Shown here: positions 20,466 to 30,434 of the stretch, one piece after another
How the letters are laid out: every line of letters begins with the position of its first letter
How positions within the stretch are numbered: position 1 is the stretch's first letter
IMG/VR virus record: IMGVR_UViG_3300035510_000375
From: an uncultured virus (IMG/VR IMGVR_UViG_3300035510_000375)
Taxonomy: Duplodnaviria; Heunggongvirae; Uroviricota; Caudoviricetes
DNA: 64,000 bases
Direction: 5' to 3' (one strand)
Notes under the pieces: model-generated
Told to the model about the DNA's origin: nothing
What the model saw: the letters and a program-made list of their open reading frames with translations, nothing else
The model's database searches: none
Program-made: the position numbers and the translations under genes

Positions 20466-21299
20466 ATGTATATGTTTAATTCAGGTGAAGGTTATAGTTT
20501 ATCTGATATTGCAGCCGCTAGTAGAGAAGATGGCGGTGGATTTGGCGGAAGCGGTTCCGCTTGGTGGATAATTATCTTATTCTTATTTATGTTTATGGGA
20601 TGGGGTAATAATGGATATGGTGCTAACTCTGCATCGGCGCAAGGCGCTTTGACAAGAGCAGACCTTTGTCAAGATATGAATTTCAATCAGCTTGAAAGTT
20701 CAGTAAGAGGAGTTCAGTCAGGTCTGTGTGATGGATTCTATGCCATGAATACTGGAATGTTAAATGGATTTGCGGATGGACAGCAGACTATGTGTGCGGG
20801 ATTTAATGGTTTAACTAATACTTTAAATCAAAATACTAATGCAATCCAGCAAGAGATTACTAATGCTACTATTGCAAATATGCAAAACACTAATGCAATT
20901 CAGCAAGCAATTAATGGTACTGTTGTAGCTGGTATGCAAAATACCAATGCTCTTCAATCTCAAATGGCAGATTGTTGCTGCCGAAATGAATCCGGTCAGA
21001 AAGATATTGCGTTCCAGATTGCATCCAACACTTGCGACGTAAAGAATACAATCCAGAGCACAACAAGAGATATAATTGATAATCAGAATTGTGCAACAAG
21101 AAGTATCTTAGATTTCCTTGTTCAAGATAAACTTTCTACTTTACAAGCTGAAAATCAGAATCTTAAATTTGCAGCTAGTCAATGTGCACAAAACAATTAT
21201 CTTGTTAACCAGTTAAGACCTGCTCCAATTCCTGCATACCAAGTAGCTAATCCCTATATCGGTTATGGATTAGGCTATGGATGTGATTGTGCAGTTTAA
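20466..21299 (+). CDS. Cassette gene 3: Gly-flanked hydrophobic segment plus long N/Q-rich coiled coil with CCC motif, unknown function
   Basis: RBS AGGAGG; AWWIIILFLFMFMGWG; MADCCCRNE; LRPAPIPAY. Confidence 0.8.
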   Translation: MYMFNSGEGYSLSDIAAASREDGGGFGGSGSAWWIIILFLFMFMGWGNNGYGANSASAQGALTRADLCQDMNFNQLESSVRGVQSGLCDGFYAMNTGMLNGFADGQQTMCAGFNGLTNTLNQNTNAIQQEITNATIANMQNTNAIQQAINGTVVAGMQNTNALQSQMADCCCRNESGQKDIAFQIASNTCDVKNTIQSTTRDIIDNQNCATRSILDFLVQDKLSTLQAENQNLKFAASQCAQNNYLVNQLRPAPIPAYQVANPYIGYGLGYGCDCAV

Positions 21300-21318
21300 A
21301 GAAGGAGGATGAAAAACA

Positions 21319-21741
21319 ATGGCTGAATATACAGCAAACGCTGTTCAAACAGTAGCCGCAAATCAAGATATATTATTTACCAATGAACCTATCGGCGGAA
21401 ATTGTTCAATCTTACATAGAAGCGGCAGTGGGTTAGTGACCTTGCGCGGTCTCACACGCCAGTCCCGCGCAAGATATAAAGTATCCTTTAATGGAAATTT
21501 AGCTATTCCTACTACTGGTACTTCAGGAGCAATTTCTATCGCTATAGCTGAAAATGGAGAGGCCTTAGATAGTTCAATTATGACATCCACAACTACTACT
21601 GTAGGTCAATTTAATAATGTATCAAGCTCAGTATTTATAGACGTTCCTGCGGGATGCTGCTCTCAAATTACTATAAAAAATGTTAGTACTCAATCAATTA
21701 ATATTCAAAATGCAAATTTATTGGTTGAAAGAGTCGCATAA
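21319..21741 (+). CDS. Cassette gene 4: all-beta protein resembling a BclA-CTD/C1q-like jelly roll
   Basis: RBS AGGAGG; SGLVTLRG..YKVSFNGNL..ANLLVERVA strand pattern. Confidence 0.65.
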   Translation: MAEYTANAVQTVAANQDILFTNEPIGGNCSILHRSGSGLVTLRGLTRQSRARYKVSFNGNLAIPTTGTSGAISIAIAENGEALDSSIMTSTTTTVGQFNNVSSSVFIDVPAGCCSQITIKNVSTQSINIQNANLLVERVA

Positions 21742-21751
21742 GGAGGAACGC

Positions 21752-21991
21752 ATGGAAAGATTAAGACATATTAAAAATACTTTAATAGATGCGGCGATGG
21801 CGCATATGAGCGATCTAAGGACAGTCGATACCGCTGAGTTAGGTGAAGTAATAGATATGATTAAAGACATAGAAGAAGCTATCTATTACTGTCATGTATC
21901 TAAAGCGATGGAATCAAAAGAAGAAGTAGAGTATCATACTCTGCCTTACATGGAACACGAGTCGCGCATGGAAAGTAAAGTGACAAAATAA
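21752..21991 (+). CDS. Cassette gene 5: small helical protein (79 aa), unknown function
   Basis: RBS AAGGAGG before ATG 21752; ELGEVIDMIKDIEEAIYYC. Confidence 0.7.
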   Translation: MERLRHIKNTLIDAAMAHMSDLRTVDTAELGEVIDMIKDIEEAIYYCHVSKAMESKEEVEYHTLPYMEHESRMESKVTK

Positions 21992-21996
21992 AATTA

Positions 21997-22030
21997 GGGA
22001 GATAGTGTAAAAGCTATCTCCCATTTTTGT
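21997..22030. terminator. Terminator between convergent modules
   Basis: GGGAGATAG/CTATCTCCC stem with T-run, at the strand switch. Confidence 0.75.
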
Positions 22031-22513
22031 TTACCAAGCACTTTCTTCTGTTGATATTAAAGTAGAATCATAGATACAAATAGCATCACAAATATCATCA
22101 TTAGCTTCAATTCCATATTTATTTTTTACATATTCAATATCTGCTTTTTTGAGTTCTTCTCTTTTTATACTGCGGCCGGTATGGATTCCTATTTTAGACC
22201 TCCAGGACGAAGGCTGGATATAGGTAATGTTGATCTTGGGGTTAATCTCATAGGCGGCAACCGCAATAACTCCTTGAAGCCAAGTTAATATTTTATAAGT
22301 ATGAGCATTTTTATAATCGGTTCTTACTTCTTCTATTACAATTTCTTTAATATTATATTTATTTAAAATCTCTTTAATACCATCTCGCATGATAATAATT
22401 CTTTTTAAATTAGATGTACTTGTAGAAGTTATACATCCATAATCTATAATTTTACTTCCATCTCCAACGCACCAACCGCTAGATTTAGAAGAAAGATCCA
22501 ATGTTAAAATCAT
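22031..22513 (-). CDS. RuvC-like Holliday junction resolvase
   Basis: ILTLDLSSKSSGW, IVIEE, PSSWRS, DDICDAICI catalytic pattern. Confidence 0.8.
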   Translation of the reverse strand: MILTLDLSSKSSGWCVGDGSKIIDYGCITSTSTSNLKRIIIMRDGIKEILNKYNIKEIVIEEVRTDYKNAHTYKILTWLQGVIAVAAYEINPKINITYIQPSSWRSKIGIHTGRSIKREELKKADIEYVKNKYGIEANDDICDAICIYDSTLISTEESAW

Positions 22514-22539
22514 TTATAAGCCTCCTTAACTTTACCTAG

Positions 22540-22568
22540 ATTATACCACAAAATTTTTCAGTTGTCAA
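22540..22568 (-). promoter_or_regulatory. SigmaA consensus promoter
   Basis: TTGACA-17bp-TATAAT with extended TG. Confidence 0.75.
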
Positions 22569-22627
22569 GGAGTTTTAGTAAAAAAATAAGAGTAACTAAT
22601 TAAAGTTACTCTTATATATTTAAAATA

Positions 22628-23065
22628 TTAATTGACTCCGGTTGAACCAAACCCTCCACTCCCGCGCTCTGTTTCATCCAAATCTTCTACAAGATTAAAT
22701 TCAACTGGGATAAAAGGTAAAACTACTAATTGAGCAATTCTTTCTTTTGGCTCTATTGTTCTTACCTCTTCGCTATCATTATGTAAGGGTACAATCACAC
22801 TACCTCGGTAATCTGCATCAATGACACCGACACAATTCGCTGGACGTAGGCCTTGTTTCGTAGCCAATCCACTACGTGCAAAGATAGCTCCAAAAGTATT
22901 TTCTGGTAGCGCAATAGCGATTCCCGCACTAATCTTTTCTGTAGAATGAGGGTTAATTTTTACAGGTTCATCAATAGCGGCATATAAATCATAACCTGCG
23001 CTATATTTGCTACCTCTTGAAGGAATATGTGCATTATCATCTGTTAATTTAATATTCATCTTCAT
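22628..23065 (-). CDS. dut: dUTPase (trimeric)
   Basis: SAGYDL, ARSGLA, GVIDADYRG, ERIAQL, RGSGGFGSTG motifs. Confidence 0.95.
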   Translation of the reverse strand: MKMNIKLTDDNAHIPSRGSKYSAGYDLYAAIDEPVKINPHSTEKISAGIAIALPENTFGAIFARSGLATKQGLRPANCVGVIDADYRGSVIVPLHNDSEEVRTIEPKERIAQLVVLPFIPVEFNLVEDLDETERGSGGFGSTGVN

Positions 23066-23079
23066 TATGTTAAATCCTC

Positions 23080-23337
23080 CTAAAATGCACTTCCTGAAGT
23101 ATTATAGCTAATAGAAGCGGAGCCTATAGGTTCACGTTCATCATCAAAAATCTTTGTGAGCGTGGTTCGGACCCACTCATCTTCGATTTCGCCCTTGACT
23201 TTGCGCTGCCTCTTTACAGAAGTATATTTAGCTAATTCAAAGTGATTATCTTTCTTAGCTTCTTCAATAAGTGCAGCCGCTTCTGCTTCATTATCTACTC
23301 TATAAGTTTCTTCAACCTTTAATAAATATTTTCCCAT
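23080..23337 (-). CDS. Hypothetical protein (85 aa)
   Basis: ORF with RBS AGGAG in operon. Confidence 0.6.
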   Translation of the reverse strand: MGKYLLKVEETYRVDNEAEAAALIEEAKKDNHFELAKYTSVKRQRKVKGEIEDEWVRTTLTKIFDDEREPIGSASISYNTSGSAF

Positions 23338-23358
23338 ATCCTTTTATCTCCTTTTAAT

Positions 23359-23622
23359 CTATACTATATTAATTTCAATTTTATTTTCATTGTATTTAGC
23401 TATTTCCGCCTCTTGAAGTTTTTTTGACAATCCGCGGATATATTGCTTAGGACCTACTAAATCTACTTTTGTAACATTATATTCATCAGTTAATGAAAAA
23501 ATAGTATCATTAAGAGTATCAATAGTAGCAGTAGTATCTCCTAATTTATTACCATCTTCATAAACATAAAAATTTTGTTTCACATCAAATGGTCTAATCA
23601 ATCCAACTATTTTACGACTCAT
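23359..23622 (-). CDS. Hypothetical protein (87 aa)
   Basis: GGAGG before ATG 23622. Confidence 0.6.
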   Translation of the reverse strand: MSRKIVGLIRPFDVKQNFYVYEDGNKLGDTTATIDTLNDTIFSLTDEYNVTKVDLVGPKQYIRGLSKKLQEAEIAKYNENKIEINIV

Positions 23623-24022
23623 AAGAACCTCCAATTTCTATGACACCTAAGTCATAAGGGAAAAGATAATAGCAAAAAGCTTCATCGTTGATACTTAGCC
23701 AGATTTCATAAGCATTTTTATCTTCGGTTAAATCAATACCAAGGATAATACCTCTATTCTCTAAGCATTCTTGAATGTCATTTCCACTTGTCGATATGGC
23801 AGCAATATCTTTTTCTAAGAAGTTAAATAATGTATAATCTCTTTGTTCATGGCATAATAACATGAAATAAGTATTATTACTTGTTTTGAAAAAGTTTTTT
23901 ATTTCTTTTATTTTATCTTTAATTTCAAAAGGCTTGAGCGGTTTTTCATTCTGTATGACTAAGTTTTTATTTAATTGGTACATTGTACCTACAGCTATAT
24001 CCTTAGATTCATTGTTACTCAT
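23612..24022 (-). CDS. Hypothetical phage protein (136 aa)
   Basis: YFMLLCHEQRDYT..YYLFPYD; operon context. Confidence 0.6.
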   Translation of the reverse strand: MSNNESKDIAVGTMYQLNKNLVIQNEKPLKPFEIKDKIKEIKNFFKTSNNTYFMLLCHEQRDYTLFNFLEKDIAAISTSGNDIQECLENRGIILGIDLTEDKNAYEIWLSINDEAFCYYLFPYDLGVIEIGGSYES

Positions 24023-24533
24023 TATCCTTATCTCCTTTATCTATTTTAACAAATTGTTTATCTTCTGTTACTTGATAGACATTCTGATTGCGGCTGCCGC
24101 GCAACCACAAGGATAAATCTTTTTCCTCTTGAACAAATTGTCCATCAATTAAATAATTTATATTAGAAAAAATGCAATCTAAATCTTTATCTTTTTCCTT
24201 TTGCAATTCAGCTAAAGTATATCCAGTCCATACGAAGATTTTAATATGCGGATATGCCATTCGCACTGCAGATATTATATCTTTTACTGCAGCTCTATTC
24301 TCTGGGCAGAGAGGCTCCCCGCCTAGAACAGAGAAATTTCTTATGATACCATTTTCTCCTATTGCTTTAATAATATCCCATTTTATTTCTTCTGATTCAT
24401 AGCCACCATTAAAATCCCAAGTATCTTGATTAAAGCAACCCTTGCAGTGATGCGGACATCCTTGGGTAAAAAGAGATACACAAACTCCGATTCCATTTAC
24501 TACATCATTTTTAATTAGTCCTGCTATTCTCAT
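24015..24533 (-). CDS. nrdG: Anaerobic ribonucleotide reductase activating radical SAM protein
   Basis: GCPHHCKGCFN CxxxCxxC, LGGEPL, RGSRNQ; adjacent to nrdD. Confidence 0.95.
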   Translation of the reverse strand: MRIAGLIKNDVVNGIGVCVSLFTQGCPHHCKGCFNQDTWDFNGGYESEEIKWDIIKAIGENGIIRNFSVLGGEPLCPENRAAVKDIISAVRMAYPHIKIFVWTGYTLAELQKEKDKDLDCIFSNINYLIDGQFVQEEKDLSLWLRGSRNQNVYQVTEDKQFVKIDKGDKDNE

Positions 24534-25458
24534 ACTATTTCTTCTCCACCTAAATGAACGTATCGATCTTTAATTTCATTTGTTCTTCCATAGTTCCAAA
24601 AATGGGAGCCAATATATCCACACGTACGTCTTGCTACATTTAAAGTATTGTGATTGCGATTTCCGCAATTTGGGCAATACCATTCATTATTATCATCAAT
24701 AAGAATTTCTCCATCGAAACCACACTCTTGGCAATAATCTGATTTTGTATTTAATTCCGCATACATAATATTGTCATAAATAAACTGAATTACAGTTAAA
24801 ACTGCATTTATATTTTGTGTTAAATCTGCACATTCTATATAAGAAATTGCTCCGCCTGGACTGAGTTTTTGGAATTTTGCTTCTATTGATAATTTATCAA
24901 AAGGTGAAATCTTTTCAAAAACTGGGACATGGTAGCTATTAGTTATATAGTTTCTGTCTTTTCCATCGAGCTTAATAAAAACATCATCCCCAAATCTTTT
25001 CTTTAAGGACTGCGCAAATTTATATGTTGTAGATTCAATAGGAGAACCATATAAACTATAATCTATATCTTCCGCTTCTTTCCATTGATTACATTTATCA
25101 TTTAAAGCTTGCATAACTTCAAGTCCAAATTTCTCTCCTTCTGCACCATCAGTATGAGAATGACCTGTCATATATTTAACACACTCATATAACCCTGCAT
25201 AGCCTAAACTTGCAGTTGAATAGCCATGATGAATTAAATCAGTTAAACTTTCACCTTTATTTAGCCGTGCAAAGGCGCCATCCTGCCAAAGTATAGGTGC
25301 TACATCTGAAGTTACTTTTAATAATCTATCAATTCTTGCACGAAGTCCTTTGTGACATAATTCAGTTCTTTGTTCAAAGAGTTTCCAAAATGTGCGGAGG
25401 TTGCCTTTGGAACTTAAAGCTAGGTCTACAAGATTAATGGTAGTTACACCCATGTTAA
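24530..25458 (-). CDS. nrdD: Anaerobic ribonucleoside-triphosphate reductase, exon 2
   Basis: YITNSYH, CQECG..CPNCG, RRTCGYIG glycyl-radical motif; spliced product 736 aa. Confidence 0.9.
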
Positions 25459-26252
25459 CAATTTTAAATTAGACTATCTCTTCACTTTTATAAGTGTTGC
25501 GCGCTTCGAGTAGTGATAAAATCTACTCTACTGGGCTACATTCATCACCCATAGTCGTTACACCTTTCTTTATATCTAAGGATTTACATAAATAATAATC
25601 AATAATATCATATCTTTGTTTAAACCAATTTCTAGTAAACACCCTTTTAATGCCACCATTTTTACAAGAATGTTCACTATATGTTATAAACTCTTTTGCT
25701 GGACAAAAAGTAACAGTTTCTTTTTTTTCTTTGTCATAGACGGTTAAAATCCAAGTATTACCTATTCTATGATTATTATTTTGGCAATCTTTTATATTCT
25801 GTTGTTGAGTTCCTAAATATAAATTATCTATATTATTATTAAGACTATTGTCATCTTTATGCAAGACAAATAAATTATTATCTATTTGTCCTATCCATGT
25901 TTCATATACAATTTTATGAATAGGATAATGCTTTTGTCCATTTCCAAAATTAATATCAATATAATAGTATTGTTTATTGCCAATGTTTTTTATTAATGGT
26001 TTTAATATCTTTTGAGAAAAATCTGAATAAATTTTTCCGTCTTTGCTACAATAATATTTTGTATCTTTAAATTGTTTATATGTAATTCCTTGTATAGATA
26101 TTGTTTTCATATAAAAACTCCTTTTTAATTAGTTATTATATTTAAGACTTGGCACGGTATTGTCCTTTCGGCTTTCACCGTTAGCAAGCATATCGCTCAC
26201 ACCTTTTTTTCTTAAGTTCACGCAATTTTAAGTCGGCTTAACTTTCGGGTCA
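25459..26252 (-). mobile_element. Group I intron (IA-type) in nrdD, 794 nt, with HNH endonuclease
   Basis: 5' exon ends GGTCGGT pairing with GCCGAC (U-G); terminal G; GACTA...AAGAGATAGTC P7; splicing gives YGR-F-NMGVTTINL. Confidence 0.9.
25523..26110 (-). CDS. Intron-encoded HNH homing endonuclease
   Basis: IHKIVYETWIG..VLHKDDNSLNNNIDNLYLGTQQQN; 3' end overlaps intron core. Confidence 0.85.
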   Translation of the reverse strand: MKTISIQGITYKQFKDTKYYCSKDGKIYSDFSQKILKPLIKNIGNKQYYYIDINFGNGQKHYPIHKIVYETWIGQIDNNLFVLHKDDNSLNNNIDNLYLGTQQQNIKDCQNNNHRIGNTWILTVYDKEKKETVTFCPAKEFITYSEHSCKNGGIKRVFTRNWFKQRYDIIDYYLCKSLDIKKGVTTMGDECSPVE

Positions 26253-27534
26253 ACCGACCATAATATTTTCCTTTTGTAGGATCATAATTAAGAGCCTTGG
26301 CATAATTTTCCGTACAACGGTCTGGCGTAAGGAACGAACGACATCCCATGCATCCATAGACATCGCCCTGTCCGAAACGGTTAACCTTATATTCTCGCAT
26401 TTTCTTAGCTGAAATATAATCAGGAACCATTCTTTTTGCAGTGCATTGCGCTGCTAATTTAGTTAAATACCAATATTTAGAATTTTCTTTAATATTATTT
26501 TCATCTAATACATATAATAATTTAGGAAAAGCGGGAGTTACATACACACCTTTTTCATTTTTCATTCCTAAAATTCTTTGTTTTAAAAATTCTTCAATAA
26601 GAATAGCATTTTCTTTTTCGTATTCTGGGTTTTCACTAACCCACATTACAACAGAAAGAAAAGGAGCTTGTCCATTGGTTGTACTCATTGAATTAATTTG
26701 ATAATTAAAAGTTTGAACAGCATCTTTTACTTCTCTTGCCAAATCTTCGTCTGCAAATTGCTGAGACTGCTTATCCTCTAACCCACGAGTAAGATATTTA
26801 TTATAATGCTCTTTCCAGCTTGACCTTACGAAAGGAGCTAAATGTGCGAGCGTGATAGTAGAGCCACCATACTGTGAACTAGCCACCGCTGTTACGATTT
26901 GAGTAGCTACTGTAGTTGCAGTACCAATTCGATGCTGTGGATCTATTCTAACTCCATTAATTTTAGTACCATTTTGCAACATATCATCAAGATTTATTAG
27001 ACAGCAATTAGTTAAGGCGTTCTGTGCCATATAATCCATATCATGCTGATGAATTATACCTTGGTCATGTGCTTCACATACGTCTTGCGGTAATAAAAAT
27101 CTACGAGCAATATCTGTAGAAGCAATTCCCGCAATATAATCTCGTTGAGTTGTTACTACTTTTGCATCTTTATTAGAATTTTCTTCATTCCAATAAGTAC
27201 TCTGTCCGCTTAAATATTCTAGTAATGTATGGTCTGTTAAATTACCTCTTGCGCGAGTTCTTTCATTACGATAGGTAATATAGGCTCTCGCTACGTTTTT
27301 TCTTTTTGTTGCCATAAGACCTTTTTCAACGTAGTCTTGTATCTCTTCTACATTGAGAATATGATCTGCATTTTCAACTTGCTCTTGAATGAAATTAGCT
27401 ATATTACCGCTTTTAGTATAAGCATATTCATCAAGTTCCCCATCTACAGCTTTAAACGCAGCAAGCACCGCATTTATAATTTTATTTTGATTAAATTGCT
27501 GTAAAGAGCCATCTCTTTTTTTAATTACTATCAT
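26253..27534 (-). CDS. nrdD: Anaerobic ribonucleoside-triphosphate reductase, exon 1 (ATP cone)
   Basis: IKKRDG ATP-cone, ENSNKD, HDMDY..NCCL, GQAPF, MGCRSFL. Confidence 0.9.
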
Positions 27535-27604
27535 TAATTATCCTCCTAATTATTTCATTATTATTTTAAGGCTTATAATTATTATAAATTTTTTCTAATA
27601 TAAA

Positions 27605-27898
27605 TTAATTATTATTACCCAGGAGGGTAGTACTAATATACTCTGGGTGTGGAGTAGTAATAGTAATATTATTTTTATTGTTTTCTTGCAATTCCTTATA
27701 TTTTTTTAAATACCAATCACTTTTTGCAATATCTTCTTCTTTGTTTTTATACAAAGCCCTGCTTCTATATTTCCAAGCATTAAGCTTACAAAAACTTTTT
27801 ACTTCTTCTTCTCCGAAGAGAAGGAGCATTTCATCAATTGTTTCCATAGCCCCTTCTCTGCAATAGTGATTTGGATGATTTACAATATCATTTGTCAT
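27605..27898 (-). CDS. DUF3310-like phage protein
   Basis: VNHPNHY..ETIDEM..FCKLNAWKY..EDIAKSDWY. Confidence 0.7.
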   Translation of the reverse strand: MTNDIVNHPNHYCREGAMETIDEMLLLFGEEEVKSFCKLNAWKYRSRALYKNKEEDIAKSDWYLKKYKELQENNKNNITITTPHPEYISTTLLGNNN

Positions 27899-27900
27899 TG

Positions 27901-30434
27901 TTACTCTCCTTGTCCATATCTATTATGTTCTAATATCATTGTATCATTATTTACTTGTACAATTTTATACAATTGATGTGATTCAGTTTTTTGATAGGTT
28001 TTGGCTACAAATTGATTTTCTCTGCGGAAGCCCGTCACCATAATCTTGGTTCCACGCTTAAACCAACCTTCTTCTTTAACTTTTTTGCTACCATCCGCTT
28101 CTATTTCTGATATTCTGCGGTTATACATAGCATAATATTCTTTAGTAAAATTTACTGTTACTACACCACGAGTTGTTAAAATAGTTACTGATGATTTAGC
28201 ATCGTCTTTACTAATTATCGTACCTATGATTTTGTATAACTTATAAATAGGAATTTCTTTTCCATTTCTCTTAAAGAAATAATCAACTTGAGGATCTTCA
28301 GGTAGGTTAAAGAAATCTATCACTCCGTATCTATATGTATTAATATTTATTAATTCATGCTCGTGATAATAAAAACATAATGCTTCCATTTCCCATGCTG
28401 ATATAGTGCCTTCTGCGTACTTATCCCAAGATTCTTTAAATAAAAGATAATTAAACTCTTTAAGCACCGAATCTTGGTTATTTGTCAACCAAGCCCTGGC
28501 CGCATCCATTTCTTTCTGATATATCTTTTCCCAATTAGATTGTAAAATACAAGTATAACCATTAATTACTTGTAATAATTCCATATTAAAGAATTGAGAA
28601 TAAAATCTATCACAAGCTTCGTCAAATACATAATATTTTCCTACTTTTTTATTTTTCTTTAAGTAATCATTAAATATATATATTCGCTTTGTGAAAGTTA
28701 AATCTTCTGGCACTAAATTTCTTTGTATTAAACCATTAAAGTTTTGTAAAGTTAATTTTTTCTTAGGCTCACTAACTTTTAAAATATAATAAATCATAAT
28801 TAAAACTCTAGGTTCAATATTTAACTCTTTTGCCCATTGCTCCTCAAGGTTATCAAAGCTTCCCGCTTTAATAAGAGAAATCATAGCGGTTTTATTTAAT
28901 GGACAACGATTTAAAAAGTCAATAAAACTTTTATAAGGGCGGCCCGCAATAATTTTATTAATAACATCTGTATTAATACCACTTAATGCTTTTAAACCAA
29001 ACAAGATTTGATTATTCTCTACATCAGGTTCAAAACTAAAATTAGATTTATTAATATCTACTAAAGTTACTTTAATTCCTCTTGAAATAATATCCCCTAG
29101 TGCTTTTGCAGTTTTTGCATAGTCAGTAGTACCATTATCTTCTAAAGAACCACTATTGCTAATTAAACAAGCACAACTCCAAAAAATAATTGGATATTTA
29201 TATGCTAAATTCATCTCTTGTAAGGCTACTAAAGAATATGCAAGACAATGCGATCTATTAAAAGAATATCCACGCTGTACTTTAAGCAGTACATCCCACA
29301 CATAATGTGCCAATTTTTCTGAACAATTGTTCTTTTTAATGTTTTCATAAAATATATCTTCGCATTCTTGGAATAGCTTACCTTGCTTTTTTGCAATACC
29401 TTTTCTACATTTATCTGCAAAAGTTAAGGTATTTCCGCCTAATCTAGGTTCTTGGACTAATGACATTAGCCCCTCTTGTGACTCACAGATCCCGTCTGTA
29501 ATGGCAGAATGGCTAGATAACCAATCTATTTCTTCTTGACTTAATCCATAATTTCGCATTTCTTTTAACCACAAATTGATATTTTTACGATATTTAGACC
29601 AAGTTACCAAAGGGGTATCGCTATTCTTATCTGGCGCCATTAGTCTGATAACTGAATTTAAAACACTAAGGTCGTTAACACTTTTTGGCTTGGCTAAAGC
29701 TATACCTTGAATACCACTTTGCTGTTCCATCTGAAATAATGATAAAATTTTATGTTCCCACACCATTTTCCACATATCTTCAGATGTTCTATCTAATTTA
29801 TAAATACCTATAATTTTTTCGTATGTTTCACGTAAAGTAGCTTCTCTTGTTTCATATCCATAATTGCAAATTAAATCAAGACAGACATGAAGTTTATCCA
29901 TAGCCTCGACTGAGAGCGCATCATACTTGATAAGGCTCACGGCCTCTGCGTCATGAAGATCAAATTGAGTACAGATTGTACCATCCGGCGCTCGCATTAA
30001 TCCAGTAGATAAGGTAAAGGGTTCATCCACGAAGATAACACCACCCGCATGAATACCTGTTCCGCATATTAACCCTTCTATTTTTTGAGCTACTTGCCAC
30101 AGTTCTTGGTAATCTGTATCCATAGCTTGAACAAAGGCGGTAACTGGTTTAAAATCTTTTTCGGGATTACCATAATATACTTCTGATAAACTTCTTATTT
30201 GACCTCTATCTGCGGGAATGAGACTTGCTAAATACTGTGCCTCATCATTATCTATACCTAAGCCTCTTGCTGCAGTTAATATAGCAGATTTAGTTTTTTC
30301 TGTTCTAAAAGTAATTACATTTGATACTCTATCTTCACCATAAAATTCTCTAAATTTTGATAAAACTTGTGCTCTTTTACTACCTTCTATATCAAAATCA
30401 ATATCAAGAACAGATACACGTTCTGGGTTCAAAA
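27901..30434 (-). CDS. dnaE: DNA polymerase III alpha subunit, exon 2
   Basis: NPERVSVLDIDFD, GIHAGGV, LIKYDAL, FQME, YSFNRSH; spliced product 1287 aa. Confidence 0.9.
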
